A stretch of DNA of 64,000 nt from Paragordius varius (lineage: Eukaryota > Animalia > Nematomorpha): NCBI GenBank assembly GCA_964247055.1, contig OZ176055.1, positions 2,852,001 through 2,916,000 on the forward strand, written 5' to 3'. Position numbers and translations under genes: made by a program. The notes beneath the pieces were generated by a model. The model ran no database searches. It was not told the origin of the DNA and saw only the letters and a program-made list of their open reading frames with translations. Shown here one piece after another: positions 26,578-40,300 of the stretch (the stretch's first letter is position 1; the number at the start of each line of letters is the position of its first letter).

Positions 26578-27357
26578 TAAGGCTTCAAGCCAAGTCGAAA
26601 AAAGTAAATTCGGAACCGGGGTGGTTTTTGAATCTACGGAACTGATTTCGCCTGGTTTCTAAGAAGGTCAAAATGAAAACGGGGTGACTTCGGTTTTGGA
26701 ACCGTTATTACATTTGTTAACAAATCTATTTTGGCTTTACATGATGAAATTTTAATATTTTTGCAAAATCTGGAGGGCGATATACGACTCGTGGGCCGCG
26801 GTTTGAATACCACTGATAAATAGTGTGGCTCATTTTTTCCGTTTTGGGTAATTGATTATGGACGCTATAGTTTATGGTTTTGTTAAAATTAAGGGACTGT
26901 AAAATTGCCACAAGTTTATTAAATAATAAAAATTTGTTTCTAATCTATATATTAAGAAAATATACTTAATTAATTATGTATATCGTTTCTTTCAAGTGTT
27001 AAGGGTGGAAAAAATATCTACATGTTAATTCTCTATTTCTACTGAATACGAAAAAAATGTTATGACATGAACAATTTTTTAAAATAATATCAACTTCTAA
27101 ATTTATGATGGCTATTCCATTTACATGGAGATCTAAAAACATTTATCATAACATTCAAATTGAAATACTTATTTCAACAATAAATTTTATTTTTTAAAAT
27201 AAAATGCTTTACACCTAGCCTAGAGTTTAAAACTTAATAGGAGTGGTTACCAAAATTTTGGAACCTTAACCGGGTGATTCCAACTTAATGAGACCGGTAT
27301 ATGCTAAAATCTTAAGAAACCGGTTTCGGTTCCATGTAGTTCAGGTTCGAAGCCCTA
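26578..27357. mobile_element. hAT-like MITE of the GAACCGG-rich family
   Basis: Ends TAAGGCTTCAAGCC / rc TAGGGCTTCGAACC; clustered GAACCGG/CCGGTT subterminal motifs as in 45365-46430; TSD only 5/8. Confidence 0.45.
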
Positions 27358-30300
27358 GTTTATATCATTTCCATGATGTCATAAATATTATAAAATACAC
27401 CAAAAAAATTATGCATTTTATTAATAAATATGAGTCATAATTTAGCATATATTAATTATGGTTTGGAGTATCGGCATTTTTAAGTTTATTTTTGAAAAAT
27501 CTAGCGCATTTTAGAGGGATCCTAAATGTCGGGACTTGAGAAGTCCATATCTGAAAATTCAAATTTATTATTATTATTTTATTTTTAAATTAAATATATT
27601 TTATAGTATGTATATTAATTAACTATTTTAGTTTTAAGCCTTTAGCTTTACTGAAAAAAATTTATTCGGTATAATGTCCGCTATTATTCCGATATAGCAA
27701 TTATTCCAGGAAAACTTCTTTAATTGCCAAGCCCCAAAATCAAAAACACCATTAGATATGAAGATATTTTTGGTGTGTACTGTGTTCATTATACATTTTT
27801 TAAAATCAATTTTGTATCAGAAGGAGTTTTTAGTAACGGATGGTAGTTACATAAACTTAAAACTATTTTTTCTACATTAAAATTTATGATTGTAAATTAG
27901 TCAGGGCTTTATTACCTATTGCGGAAATATATAACTCAAAGCGATTTATTATTTGATTTATCTACTAATTTATTTTATTTAAATGTTTACACGTATTAGT
28001 TATTTGATACTTTTTGAAAAGAATTGTTTCTACTGAAATTTTCTGCTTGGGAATCTAATTAGTAATCACTTAAAAACATATATTATGGTAAAAATTTTAA
28101 ATGTTTTTAATCAAATGCAGAAACATTTGTATTTATTAACATATCTCTGAGCAATTTTTAGAATTTTGATGTTTAAAGATACCCTAAAAATATTTAAATG
28201 TTTGACTATATTTAGCATACACATGTTCAAAAGAAATTTAAATCAAAGATATACAAATACAGAATTTTTAAACCAAACTTTTGCGTTCATTTTTTTTCGC
28301 GGCTCCTAATAAAAGCATCCAGAATGATGTAACCCCTTATAACCTGTTGAAACGCTACTAATCAAACTCTTATAATACTATCTAATAATTTATAAAATTA
28401 TATCGATTTTAAAAATATTTTATTAACATATAAATTTAAACCATGACAAATCCCAAATTTTAAAATGTGTATAATTTTGCGTTAATTACAAGATACTGAG
28501 AACTATTATTGGCCATTTAGGTTTGGCAATGGGTTAAAATTTTTAATATTTATGTGTATTTCCATGTATTTTTCGTTTTATATTAATTACATTTTTGAAA
28601 ATTGCGTTCAATTAAATATGTAACCCATCAGTATCAGTATAAGGGGTGAAACAACATCAATCTAACTTGACTGTTTCAGTCTGCACAATAAAACAAAAGT
28701 CTCACAGATGGCAACAACCATGTACACCTTTTAGCCCATTCAAAATACCGAGTTATTAACAGCTCTCGTTAATGTAACACAATAGTAGCTAAATTAAAGT
28801 CTATGGTGTTTGGGGCACATAGTTATGAATAAAAATTTGTTAAAAATGTTTAAAAAATTATTTTTAAGGGAATAAATTTATTTTACCAGGGGAATCCAAT
28901 GAAAAAGAATGTTCCATTAAGAAGGAATATTAAATTAGAAATAGGTCGCTGCTAAGATGAAAAATAAAATGATATTAGAGTTAGATAAATAAAAGTTGAA
29001 CAACAGTATCCGTTAATCACGTCTAGCACAAAAAACGTAAAACGCAAAAAAGCAAATAAAAATGGAAGAGAGAGGAGATATATGTTTGTTGTGTTTTATA
29101 TTTTGTATAAAAAATGCAAAATAAGAATTGCGATGGTCATACTTACGTAATGCGCTTAACATGATATTATTATACAAAAGAAATCGATATTTTATATTTA
29201 TCCTTTATAGATTGCATTTACATCATTATTACTAAATATTAAATTTTTATACTAAATTAAGCGTCTCTTGCACATTATGGTAATTATAAAAGCAGATACG
29301 ATTTAAAATTTTTGGATATAGTCTGGATAACTAATCTCACAAGCATAAAAACGTACTTAAATTGTTGGCGCCCTAAACAAGTAGCGTTTGTTTAATTATT
29401 ATTATACATAAACCATGGCGTTTAAAGCACATTAAAAATGTCGGACTGCTATTACACTGGCTTAAATTGTGGTTTAGGCCATTCAAATATTATAACACAT
29501 ATATCTTTTTAATTACCATTTTTTCATTAATAAGATTATTTAATTGTAATTTCGATATTAAAAATAAATATGATATTAAACTAATTCAAAGATGCATTCT
29601 ATGCTTATATTAAAATATAAAATTCTTACCACAAACTTGTGTCAATTTTTTAAGATACTTTAAATCGATCTTAAACATGCAAAGGTTTAATGCATTATTG
29701 TTTAAAATCAACTGTTTGAAATTCGAAAGTTTTCTAAATTTCTAGTGCAAAGGCTTTTATAAAATAATCTTTTTAGTTAATAGAATGATAATTAGAGAAT
29801 TCAATATCAAATTCAATTGAAATTCACCTCAAAAGGTATTTTTTATGGAAGATTTCGTCTTAAACGGCATTAAAACATGATAAATAATTTTAGATATATT
29901 GTTGCTGCATTAATGACTATCTTGAATTCCACATAAGAGTCATTAGTTGCAAAACATTGTTATAAGTATAAGGATATTGTCAAAATAATTTTTGAAGACA
30001 TTAAATTTTTAGCTCTTGCCTAAGTTTCAAAGGGGCTTACGTCATAAATGGTCTGACTCCAATTTTTTTTTAGTTTAAACCAGTGGTAATCACCAAAAAA
30101 TTAAAGGGCCACTAAAAATATCAATCTTCAAAAGGTGTACACCATATTATTGTTGTTGAAAGCTTGTAGTCGATTATCGACCGTAAGCGATTTTATAGAA
30201 AAACGCTTCGTGGTAAAATAACCAAACAAAAATTTGGTTATTTTGGACACGAGGATATTCTTTGGAAAAGTATATAATGTTAGGAAATGTTAATATCAAG

Positions 30301-31859
30301 AGAGGAAAATGCCAAGACATATTCGTTGAATGGGTGCAATTTTATTACTTCCATAATATTCCCTGCAAATACCATCTCTAAAAGCTCATGACATAACCTA
30401 GGGCATCATAAAATATCGTTAAAAACTATATAGCTGTTTGCTCATTTTCAAATATTGATACATAAATTTAATAAATAATTTAAAGCCAAAAAAGCCCTTA
30501 CGGCTGCAATTCGACTATCACTGGTTTAAATCTTAAAATAATTAGTATTTAAACTGTTACGCTGGACATAAAGCCTATAAAGTTATATAAATGGGTAAAA
30601 GCCATTTCGAATTTACAAATAGCCGACACATGATTAATATTTTATATTAGAATGATTCGTCCTATAAGCTATAAAAAAAACTATAGGATTTAAAAACTGG
30701 GAAAAGTTACTTAAATTTAAATATTAATAATTTTTGCAGATATTTTTAAACATAAATTCTTTAAAGTTTGAAAATGGATACCTTTATTTCTCTTTCGTCA
30801 AATTTTGTAATACATTTTTATTATTTTAAGTAGCCTTAAATTCCTATTCCAAAGGATCAATATGTCGACTGTGTTGTTGTTTATAGACTTGTGTCTTTAT
30901 AAATTTTATCAAGTGAATCATATTAGATATAGGCCTATGCCATGGCATATCGTTTAAATGGAGAGAATTTTTAATACAAGCCTTCGGTCCAAACTCATGC
31001 TTCATTTTTATTAATGTGTGGTGAATAGCTTATAGACAAATTACTTATACAATAAAAAGTCGCCTAAAAGCAATGGGTGTATTTCGTATATTTTTTAATA
31101 AAACATATTTTACATTTCATAACCATGTACTCTGTTCTATATTTTTATGTGTCTACTGTATAGACCCTCTGTTATGCTATCCTTGGCTTTTTAAGTTAAA
31201 TACGGACCTTAAGGCATTTAAATTTTAGATGCTCTTAACTTGCGCATTTTTTGCAGCCCTTTTCCAGTTGCGCAAAATATCGGATATAAAACGATAGGAC
31301 ACATGGAATTAAATGCTCAAATTAATTTAAACTATTTTGATAACTTTATATAATCCTAAATATATAATTCGCACGCCCCTAATTTTGTTTTCAGAGGTAA
31401 TTTTTTACTTTTTTTCTACATCATATTTTGATAAAACGCACCTTGTGTATTGCGGAGGCTAAATTGTCATCTGATAATATATAACTTTTAACAATTTCAA
31501 GGCTACGAAAATCAATATTTTTGTTTTTTCAACAAATATTGTTAGGAACATAACGAATGCAGGTATATAAAATGGAAACTGGTAAGCATACTTAACTTTA
31601 AGATTATTAAAATATAGTATTTACAGGGGCTGTTGAAAGCATCATAATAATATCAATTTTAATAATTTAATCATAGTAAATAGTTACAATAGATTGTAAT
31701 TAATCCATTATTTTAAAATAATTGGTCTTGAGATACACGAAATTTCGGAATCTTACCTCTGATATTCGGAGAAACTTTCGTGGCTATAAACTTTTTTTCA
31801 TACTAAATTAATATTTAACAAATAAAAAAAAATCATATTAATAATAAATAAATATCAGC

Positions 31860-32760
31860 CAAACTTTTATAAAAATGGACATCCTTCAAAAGATTATTGG
31901 AATGAATGATTTTTCTGCCGTCACAAGAGATCATTTCGTGTGCATATACATGAAGTTAGTAAAAAGAATAGAATAGACCATTTTTTACTTTCTCTTCAGC
32001 GAGCTTTCAACTTTTTGGGAATAAGTCAAAAAGAAGTACTAAAAAATGACAATAAATAATTTTGAATTTTTAATCTTTGTGTGAGGGTCCTTCGACGTCA
32101 TGTATAATTATAAAACGCTTATTTGAAATTGGGTCTGAAATAATTAACTTTTGCTTTTACATCAACTTACAGTAAATTGTACCCGACGCCACATGATATA
32201 CATAGATAATTTTCTCTTTGGTTTTAGTTAAATTTTTTACCGTAAATCATACAAACGGGGTTTGACTCAATAAAATATTGCGGTCATTTAAATTCCTATT
32301 GACCTATACGATTTAAGAAAATTGCTTTTTTAAACATAACTTGTATAATAGACTTACTGTCTGGAGTCAACAGGAGCTAACTTAAAGCCCCTCACTATCA
32401 CCAGGACCTTATAAACAAATTATGGCGGACAAATAAAATGGGGTCCCTACGTTTTACAAAATTGATTATAAAATTTTATATTCATATAATGTTAATATTT
32501 CCATAAATGTTCCCCTAATTTTCCTTTAATTAAAAATGATGGAAAAGTGATTATTTGGAAATATAGTATTCTTAACCTACAAATTATATAATAATCCAAA
32601 CTATCTTAATAAAATTTAGTTTAGGGAAAGGCACCATATCAAACTACTTCGACGCTATTTTATTTTAAACATTGAGAAAAATCTTGTTGCATTCTAACGC
32701 TAAAATTGAAGCTATTTTTATTTATATTACATCTAACGTTAATATAAGGAGAAAAGGTGA
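31860..32760 (-). mobile_element. Possible piggyBac transposase relic
   Basis: Broken motifs GFKLxxVDSxxxxYY (about 32345-32390) and KWSILFFLL (about 31960-31990) loosely resemble piggyBac motifs; 32640-32750 is similar to the interior of the 20166-20696 MITE. Confidence 0.3.
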
Positions 32761-34849
32761 TATATTGCATCATAATGCACACATATCAGGTTGGCTAACT
32801 TTTATCAGTTTATCCATAAAATAATGGTCAAATTTTTTGAAGAATTTTTTTTAGTATTTCGGTAAGTTAGATAATGGAAAACTTTTGCAATAATTTCATT
32901 TTACATAGTTATGATATTTGATTTTGAACAGGCCAACAACCTCGATTCGTATGGAAGGATTGAAATAAATGTGTACTATCTAAGTGTTAAATAAATTTTC
33001 AAAAACAAACTGGCATGACCAATTGCCCAAAATTTATAAGGTTGAATGGGCCAACTTGTTGGTAACATGATTCAAAATTAAATCCCAACCTTAGTTTTAA
33101 TTTAATAAAAGAAAGATACAACTAACCCCATCCCCATTTATAATAAATACAAATTTTTATGCACCATACCATCTATACCCATCTAATAATTAAAAAATTA
33201 TTTGAATGGATTTAAAAATGATTAAAAATACTGCAATAAAAAAATCCAAAAAATATATTCACAGCTTTTTACTGAAAATTAGGATTTATTGCCTAAAGAT
33301 TCTAAGATGTAATCATTTTAGAATTAAGACCATTAAAACAACATTAAACCGCGGAATTTTTTTAGATAATATAATTATTGGAAATATTATTTGCTTGAAT
33401 GTGGTGGGAAATGATGGAATATTTGGTAATACATGATTTACAAGATAATTTAATAGATTATTTGGATTAATATTATATTGGACAGATTTGTGAAATCTAG
33501 CTTTTTATCAAAGATATCACTTTAACTCTGAGCCTTTTTATTAAATAAATGGTAATCATAAAAATGGGAAGTAGACATCCCTAGAGACACCACATGTCAT
33601 ATAATTAGATATTTTTATTTCATAGTTCAGATTGAAATCCCAAACTATACAATATCTTATAAGATTTATTCTTATTATTACAAATACAATAATACCGCAA
33701 TATTTATAATCGCAAAAATGTTTTTGTTACAGTTTAACGAGTTGAATATATTAACTTCCAACTCGCCGCTAAAATAATAGGAGAGTTCAATACGATGGGA
33801 ATAATCTCTAAGAAAATTATTTTAATGTTTGCTTGTCAACTTCATTTATTTCTTTCAGACGCATATTAACCATTCTAAAATTCTGTTTCGACCCCATATA
33901 TAAAGAAATGCTTAGGTGTGCCACTCTTGAATCTATCTGACTCCATTTTTACTATTTATCAATCGATTGTGATTTCAATATGATTTTTTAGACTAAATAT
34001 CTCATTTACCTGATAATAAACTATATTTAATGTTTCGGGAAAATTGATTTTCTTTTAAAATGGGATTGTGCTCAACACAAATGGCTTCGTAGACCACATT
34101 AAATAATATGAAAAATAATAATTCATTTAATTTAGACATTAGACTGTAAAAAATTCACCAACACAATTTTTAATTTTTGCTAGTTAGTTGGGAAAACTTG
34201 AAGAAATATCATAAAATGTTGCAAATAGCATATTTTGTAAAATATGAGCCTTGTATTTATTTGATTGCAAATTTTCCGCAGGCTGCAAAATAATTTCGGA
34301 GACCGTTTGTTGACCGACCACCTGTTTTAAAAAAATTTTACCCGCTACTCTTTATAAAAATGATAATTAAACCTGAAAATAATAAAATGGTCGTTTCTAA
34401 TCTTTACGCAACCAATTACATATATTAAACACTAAAACTTGGTTTTGTATGCCGCTTTTGAGGAAGTACGGACATCGCCAATTTCATAAAGACATTCAAA
34501 CTATTAAATACTTTTTTAAGTAACATGATTTATATATTAACATTTATGTTTTTATTTTTGGATCTTGAGATGTAGTTGTTGTAATTACTGGAGTGTATGA
34601 TATAAACTAAGGTATGTCCATAATCAAATAAGCAGAAATAAAGTTAAATTATAGAGACAAAATGTTTTATATCAACCAAATTGTTTTTAACCATCCGCTA
34701 CTGTATATGATTTTCTACGAAGAGGTTTTGTGGCTTGGTTTTAACCAAACAAAATATATTATGATTTAATAATAACCACCTAATTATTCCCACATATTAA
34801 ATTTATTTTTTTATATTCATGCTATTTATGCAACTATCACAATTAAATA

Positions 34850-35110
34850 TTATACATTTTCGTCATTGAAAATTGAGGCTAAAGATATATTTTTGGAAGA
34901 TTTCGTATTCAGACTATCGTTTGCTGCATTTATCATGTCGTAAGCAACATTTGGGTTTTCAGCTTTTTCAGAATATTGTTCTTCAAAAATTATAGAATCT
35001 GCTTTTGCTTCACCATTTGCGACCTGTTTTTGACTTGGTGTTGGCTTAGACTCTTTGGACATATCCGTTATGATAATTTTTATTGGAGATGTTACATCTA
35101 TTATTGTCAT
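34850..35110 (-). CDS. Orphan coding exon, candidate 5' exon of the Tau/MAP-like gene
   Basis: 86-aa ORF with protein-like composition (MSKESKPTPSQKQVANGEAKADS...), donor-like AAT|GTATAA at 34856; this phase-0 end does not join the phase-1 exon at 23901 directly. Confidence 0.4.
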   Translation of the reverse strand: MTIIDVTSPIKIIITDMSKESKPTPSQKQVANGEAKADSIIFEEQYSEKAENPNVAYDMINAANDSLNTKSSKNISLASIFNDENV

Positions 35111-35281
35111 AAAAATATATCTTAGATTTCCATATTTCTATGATTTAAATAAGTAGATGTATCACAAAAATTAAATGAAACATAAAATTATAACAATTTA
35201 ATACTTAAGCAAGCTATCCTTTTCTAATTATTTCGCTGGTTTAGAGTCTTTTTTTTTAATTAAATATGGACAATTTTATAA

Positions 35282-35386
35282 GGGCTACAAAAGGTTTAAC
35301 ATCGCCTGCCCATGTTGGATAGATGGAAAAAATAGTGGAGTTTCTGATATAAAATCTAGCACGCTTTAACCACATACTACCATGTC
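35282..35386 (-). mobile_element. Degenerate copy of the tRNA-derived SINE
   Basis: A-box-like TGGTAGTATGTGG plus body motifs TTTCCATC and TGGGCAGGCGATGTTAAACCTT shared with 61207-61397. Confidence 0.5.
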
Positions 35387-37302
35387 TTTCTTATTAAATA
35401 TGACTAAAAACGAAAAGTTATACCTACTTGATATATGCGCGAGTGTTTAAGGAAGGGGTGTTCAACACAAATGGCTTTGCGGGGGAACGAAAAAACTGAC
35501 ATGCTGCATTCGCAAAATATATGTGCAATAACTAATATTATATTCGATTTTAAACATAAAACTGTAAAAACTACTATTTATTTTAACAATTTTAGCTAGT
35601 TCATTGCCGAAATTTGGAAAAACTTAACTTAAAAAATAGTTGAAAAAAATATCGATATTTTTTAGATTACGTAAAATTTTGTATTTAAGATGCTTCGCGG
35701 GCTTCAGAACTATTTTGGAGGTACTGGTTTAAAGGGAGAAATTGCTACGATTTTACCAGTTGCGCCTTATCCAGTAAATAAACATGGTTTATTAAACAAT
35801 GGAAAACTGTTTAATTATGTCATAAGTTGACTAGTGGCTTGCTGGATAAATTTTGCAAGTTTGTGTGTTTATCCCATTAAAAAGTTATATGACAATTAGA
35901 ATAACTTAGACATTTTGTAGCTGAAAACAAATCAAAAAAGCTTTAAATAATAATTTGTTTACCCATTATAGAGTATAATTTCGTCGCTTATTTATGTGAA
36001 GCTTCTGGGACAAATTTGATTTATCTAAACACTTATTAAACAAATAATTAATATTTTAAATATATAGCCATATTAAATGATCAATTTTATATTATCATTC
36101 ATCCGATTTCCTGATGCAAAAAATGAGAAATCTCGTAGCAAAGTCATTTTAGTTGGTATTCTAAAAAAGCATTAATTTTTTATAATTTGAGTTCCTTTAA
36201 TGTTGTCTAATGATGCTTACAATTCTTGCACAGTTGTTTAGGAGAGCTAGGAATCAGTATAAATTAAATGGGGTATTCACAACTACCTATCCCATAGATA
36301 ATTTTTTATCAAAATACGAGGATGGCAAAGTAAAAAAAACTTTAATACCTTTTATTACGACCTAATGAGTATCCTCTTCAATTGCAACTTCATAAAGAGA
36401 AAGTTAGTAAAATATGGCGATGTAATCGAGAATTTTCAATCTTGTCAGAGGATTGCTAAATAATGTATATAAATTACCTAGAGCCTCCAAAAAAGAATAT
36501 CCTACAAACTTATTTAAATGGAAGGAACTTCTCTTTTTACAATTCTCGTAAATTTAACTAAAGCTCTTCCTATATCTAAGGGTGGTCAAAATGATAGCCT
36601 TTCACCAACCTGGATAGTAAGTTTTATCTTTAATTGATAGACTCAATCCAAAACCGGAGATCAATGCTATTTTTGAAGATCAACCACTAATATTTTTCAG
36701 AGAGTTATAGACTAGTTTCCGAAAATGGGTGATATACCATTAACAATAGTAGAGAATTGAAAATTAGTTTTCTAATTCCACTAGGTTTATGTTACGCTGG
36801 CAGCATCGCAAATTATTTTATAAAAGAAAGTAAACAAATGATAAAATATTTGATTATATAATTTTTAATTATATTTGTATCAAGTCATGCTGGTATGTGA
36901 ATTTATTCACAAATAAAAATTTATTTTTTAGAAAGTGGATTCCACAAATGTCCCCAAAAAAATTTTGTCATCTCTATTTTTTAATTTTATAAAGGTGAAA
37001 ATTTTTTGGAATAAATAGCCAACAAAAAATAAATTTATTAGAAATGTTTGTGTTTATTACCTATGCATTTATGTATAAACTTATTAGATTTTAAATATAC
37101 AGTATGCATTTTAATGATTCCTTATTTCACACTATAGTTGGGCAATTCGCAACACAGTGTATGGAGAAATTACAATAACGTTGAATAAACAATTTTTTCC
37201 TTTCTTTTTTTCCATGCTCTACTATTGTGCTGCCAATTGCCCTCAAAGTGTGATATAAGCAACCATTAAAATACATACCGTATACATAAATTATATAATA
37301 TA

Positions 37303-40300
37303 CTAGCGTAAATCTCGTGCTGCGTAGCAGCACGACCTTCAGACTTTTTTTTGAAAGGGGTGGGGGGGGGGAGCTATTTGAAATAAGGGACAATAAAATG
37401 ATCCACATTCCACATATGTGGTTTATTTCGAAACATTATTTAAATATGATCATATAGGAATTTTAAAACGGTGCATTCATACTAATATATTGTTTGGGGA
37501 AAAAATAGATTTAAAAAATTATATTTGTGGACTTTGATTTTTTTTGAAAAAAATGGCATTTTACGGGGGTAGCGGGTAAAAAGAGGGCCTAAATCAAAAA
37601 AGTGAGTAGACTATGTTCAGCGCGATCAAAAATAAATAAACAAAAATCATATTTGAAATTGAATGGTCCAACACGATTTCCGGAAAAATGTCTCAACCTG
37701 TTTTTTACACGGGGTAGGCCCGAAGTGGGGAGCTATTGTCGGGGCATTCATTAATGATTATATTTTTTTGATGTTTGGATTTGAATGGGTCTACCGGTTT
37801 TCCGGTACCAGATCACAAAGCCAGCATTTTCCATTTTTATTAATATATAGATTACTATAAATAATGTTATATTATCCATATATTTTTTTAACATCCTATA
37901 CATATGATAGATACTCCTTACTCAGCAGCTATCATCAAAGAAACGCTTGATTAAAATTTTTGCCTTTTAACAGGGAATACGAAAATTCTTATTGAATTTT
38001 TACAGGCTCATACCTTGGGCAAAAAAAATACAATCAAAAATTATTTTTGTGCCGGTACCAGATCACAAAGTTACATGAGGAATCAGTTTTTAGCGGGTAG
38101 CTCCTTACCCAGCAGCTATCATCATAGAAACGCTTGACTAAAATTTTTGCCTTTTAACAGGGAATGCGTGGAATCCATATTGAATTTTTACGGTCTCATA
38201 CCTTGGGCAAAAAATCGATTTTAAAAATTATTTTTGTGGACTTTGTTTTTGAAAAAGGTGGCATTTTACGGGGGGAGCGGGTAAAAAAAGGGCCTAAGTT
38301 AAAAAAGCGAGACGACTATGTTCGGCGAAATCGAAAATCTATATATTTATAAAAATGGAAAATGCTGGCTTTGTGATCTGGTACAGGAAAACCGGTAGAC
38401 CCAATCAAATCCAAATATCGAAAAAATATAATCATTAATAAATGTCCCGACAATAGCTTCGCCCTTTTTTTGAAATAGGCCCCCAGTTCGGGCCCACCCC
38501 GTATGAAAAACGGGTTTTTTTTGAAAACAGAAGTCCACAAAATCGTGTTTTTGAGACAATTTTCCGGAGAACGTGTTGGACCATTCAATTTCAAATATGA
38601 TTTTTGTTTACTTATTTTCGATTGCGCCGAACATAGTCGAGCCACTTTTTTGATTTAGGCCCTCTTTTTACCCGCTCCCCCCGTAAAATGCCATTTTTTT
38701 CAAAAAACAAAGTCCACAAAAATAATTTTTTAAATCGATTTTTCGTCCTAGGTATGAGACCTTAAAAATTCAATAAAGATTCCACGTATTCCCTGTTAAA
38801 AGGCAAAAATTTTAGTCCACCGTTAATTTGATGATAGCTGCTGGGTAAGGAGCTACCCGCTAAAAACTGATTTTTCATATAACTTTGTGAACTGTTTCCG
38901 GAAAACCGGTGAACCCATTCAAATCCAAACATCGAAAAAATATAATCATTAATGAATGCCCCGACAATAGCTTCGCCCTTTTTTGGAATTAGGTCCCCAG
39001 TTCGGGCCCACCCCGTGTGAAAAATGGGTTAAGTCAATTTTTTGGAGAACGTGTTGGACCATTCAATTTCAAATATGATTTTTGTTTACTTATTTTCGAT
39101 TGCGCCGAACATAGTCGAGTCACTTTTTTGATTTAGGCCCTCTTTTTACCCGCTACCCCCGTAAAATGCCATTTTTTTCAAAAAAAAACAAAGTCCACAA
39201 AAATATTTTTTTGATTGTATTTTTTTGTCCACGGTATAAGACTGTAAAAATTCGAGAAAGATTTTTCGTATTGCCTGTTAAAAGGCAAAAATTTTAGTCA
39301 AGCGTTTCTTTGATGATAGCTGCTGAGTAAGGAGTATCTATCATATGTATAGCATGTTAAAAGATATATGGATATTAATACATTATTTATCCTCATCTAT
39401 ATATTTATAAAAATGGAAAATGCTGGCTTTGTGATCTGGTACAGGAAAACCGGTAGACCCAATCAAATCCAAATATCGAAAAAATATAATCATTAATAAA
39501 TGTCCCGACAATAGCTTCGCCCTTTTTTTGAAATAGGCCCCCAGTTCGGGCCCACCCCGTATGAAAAACGGGTTTTTTTTGAAAACAGAAGTCCACAAAA
39601 TCGTGTTTTTGAGACAATTTTCCGGAGAACGTGTTGGACCATTCAATTTCAAATATGATTTTTGTTTACTTATTTTCGATTGCGCCGAACATAGTCGAGC
39701 CACTTTTTTGATTTAGGCCCTCTTTTTACCCGCTCCCCCCGTAAAATGCCATTTTTTTCAAAAAACAAAGTCCACAAAAATAATTTTTTAAATCGATTTT
39801 TCGTCCTAGGTATGAGACCTTAAAAATTCAATAAAGATTCCACGTATTCCCTGTTAAAAGGCAAAAATTTTAGTCCACCGTTAATTTGATGATAGCTGCT
39901 GGGTAAGGAGCTACCCGCTAAAAACTGATTTTTCATATAACTTTGTGAACTGTTTCCGGAAAACCGGTGAACCCATTCAAATCCAAACATCGAAAAAATA
40001 TAATCATTAATGAATGCCCCGACAATAGCTTCGCCCTTTTTTGGAATTAGGTCCCCAGTTCGGGCCCACCCCGTGTGAAAAATGGGTTAAGTCAATTTTT
40101 TGGAGAACGTGTTGGACCATTCAATTTCAAATATGATTTTTGTTTACTTATTTTCGATTGCGCCGAACATAGTCGAGTCACTTTTTTGATTTAGGCCCTC
40201 TTTTTACCCGCTACCCCCGTAAAATGCCATTTTTTTCAAAAAAAAACAAAGTCCACAAAAATATTTTTTTGATTGTATTTTTTTGTCCACGGTATAAGAC

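Noticed and set aside
25559-26815. Single hAT element bounded by CACTGGTATTCAAA and TTTGAATACCACTG
   Set aside because: 8-bp flanks (GTTTATGT, ATAAATAG) do not match and the span overlaps the 26578-27357 element; more likely two independent MITE ends.
36060-36900. Slightly GC-richer, coding-looking stretch
   Set aside because: No sustained open frame or recognisable motif on either strand; probably an unidentifiable decayed transposon.
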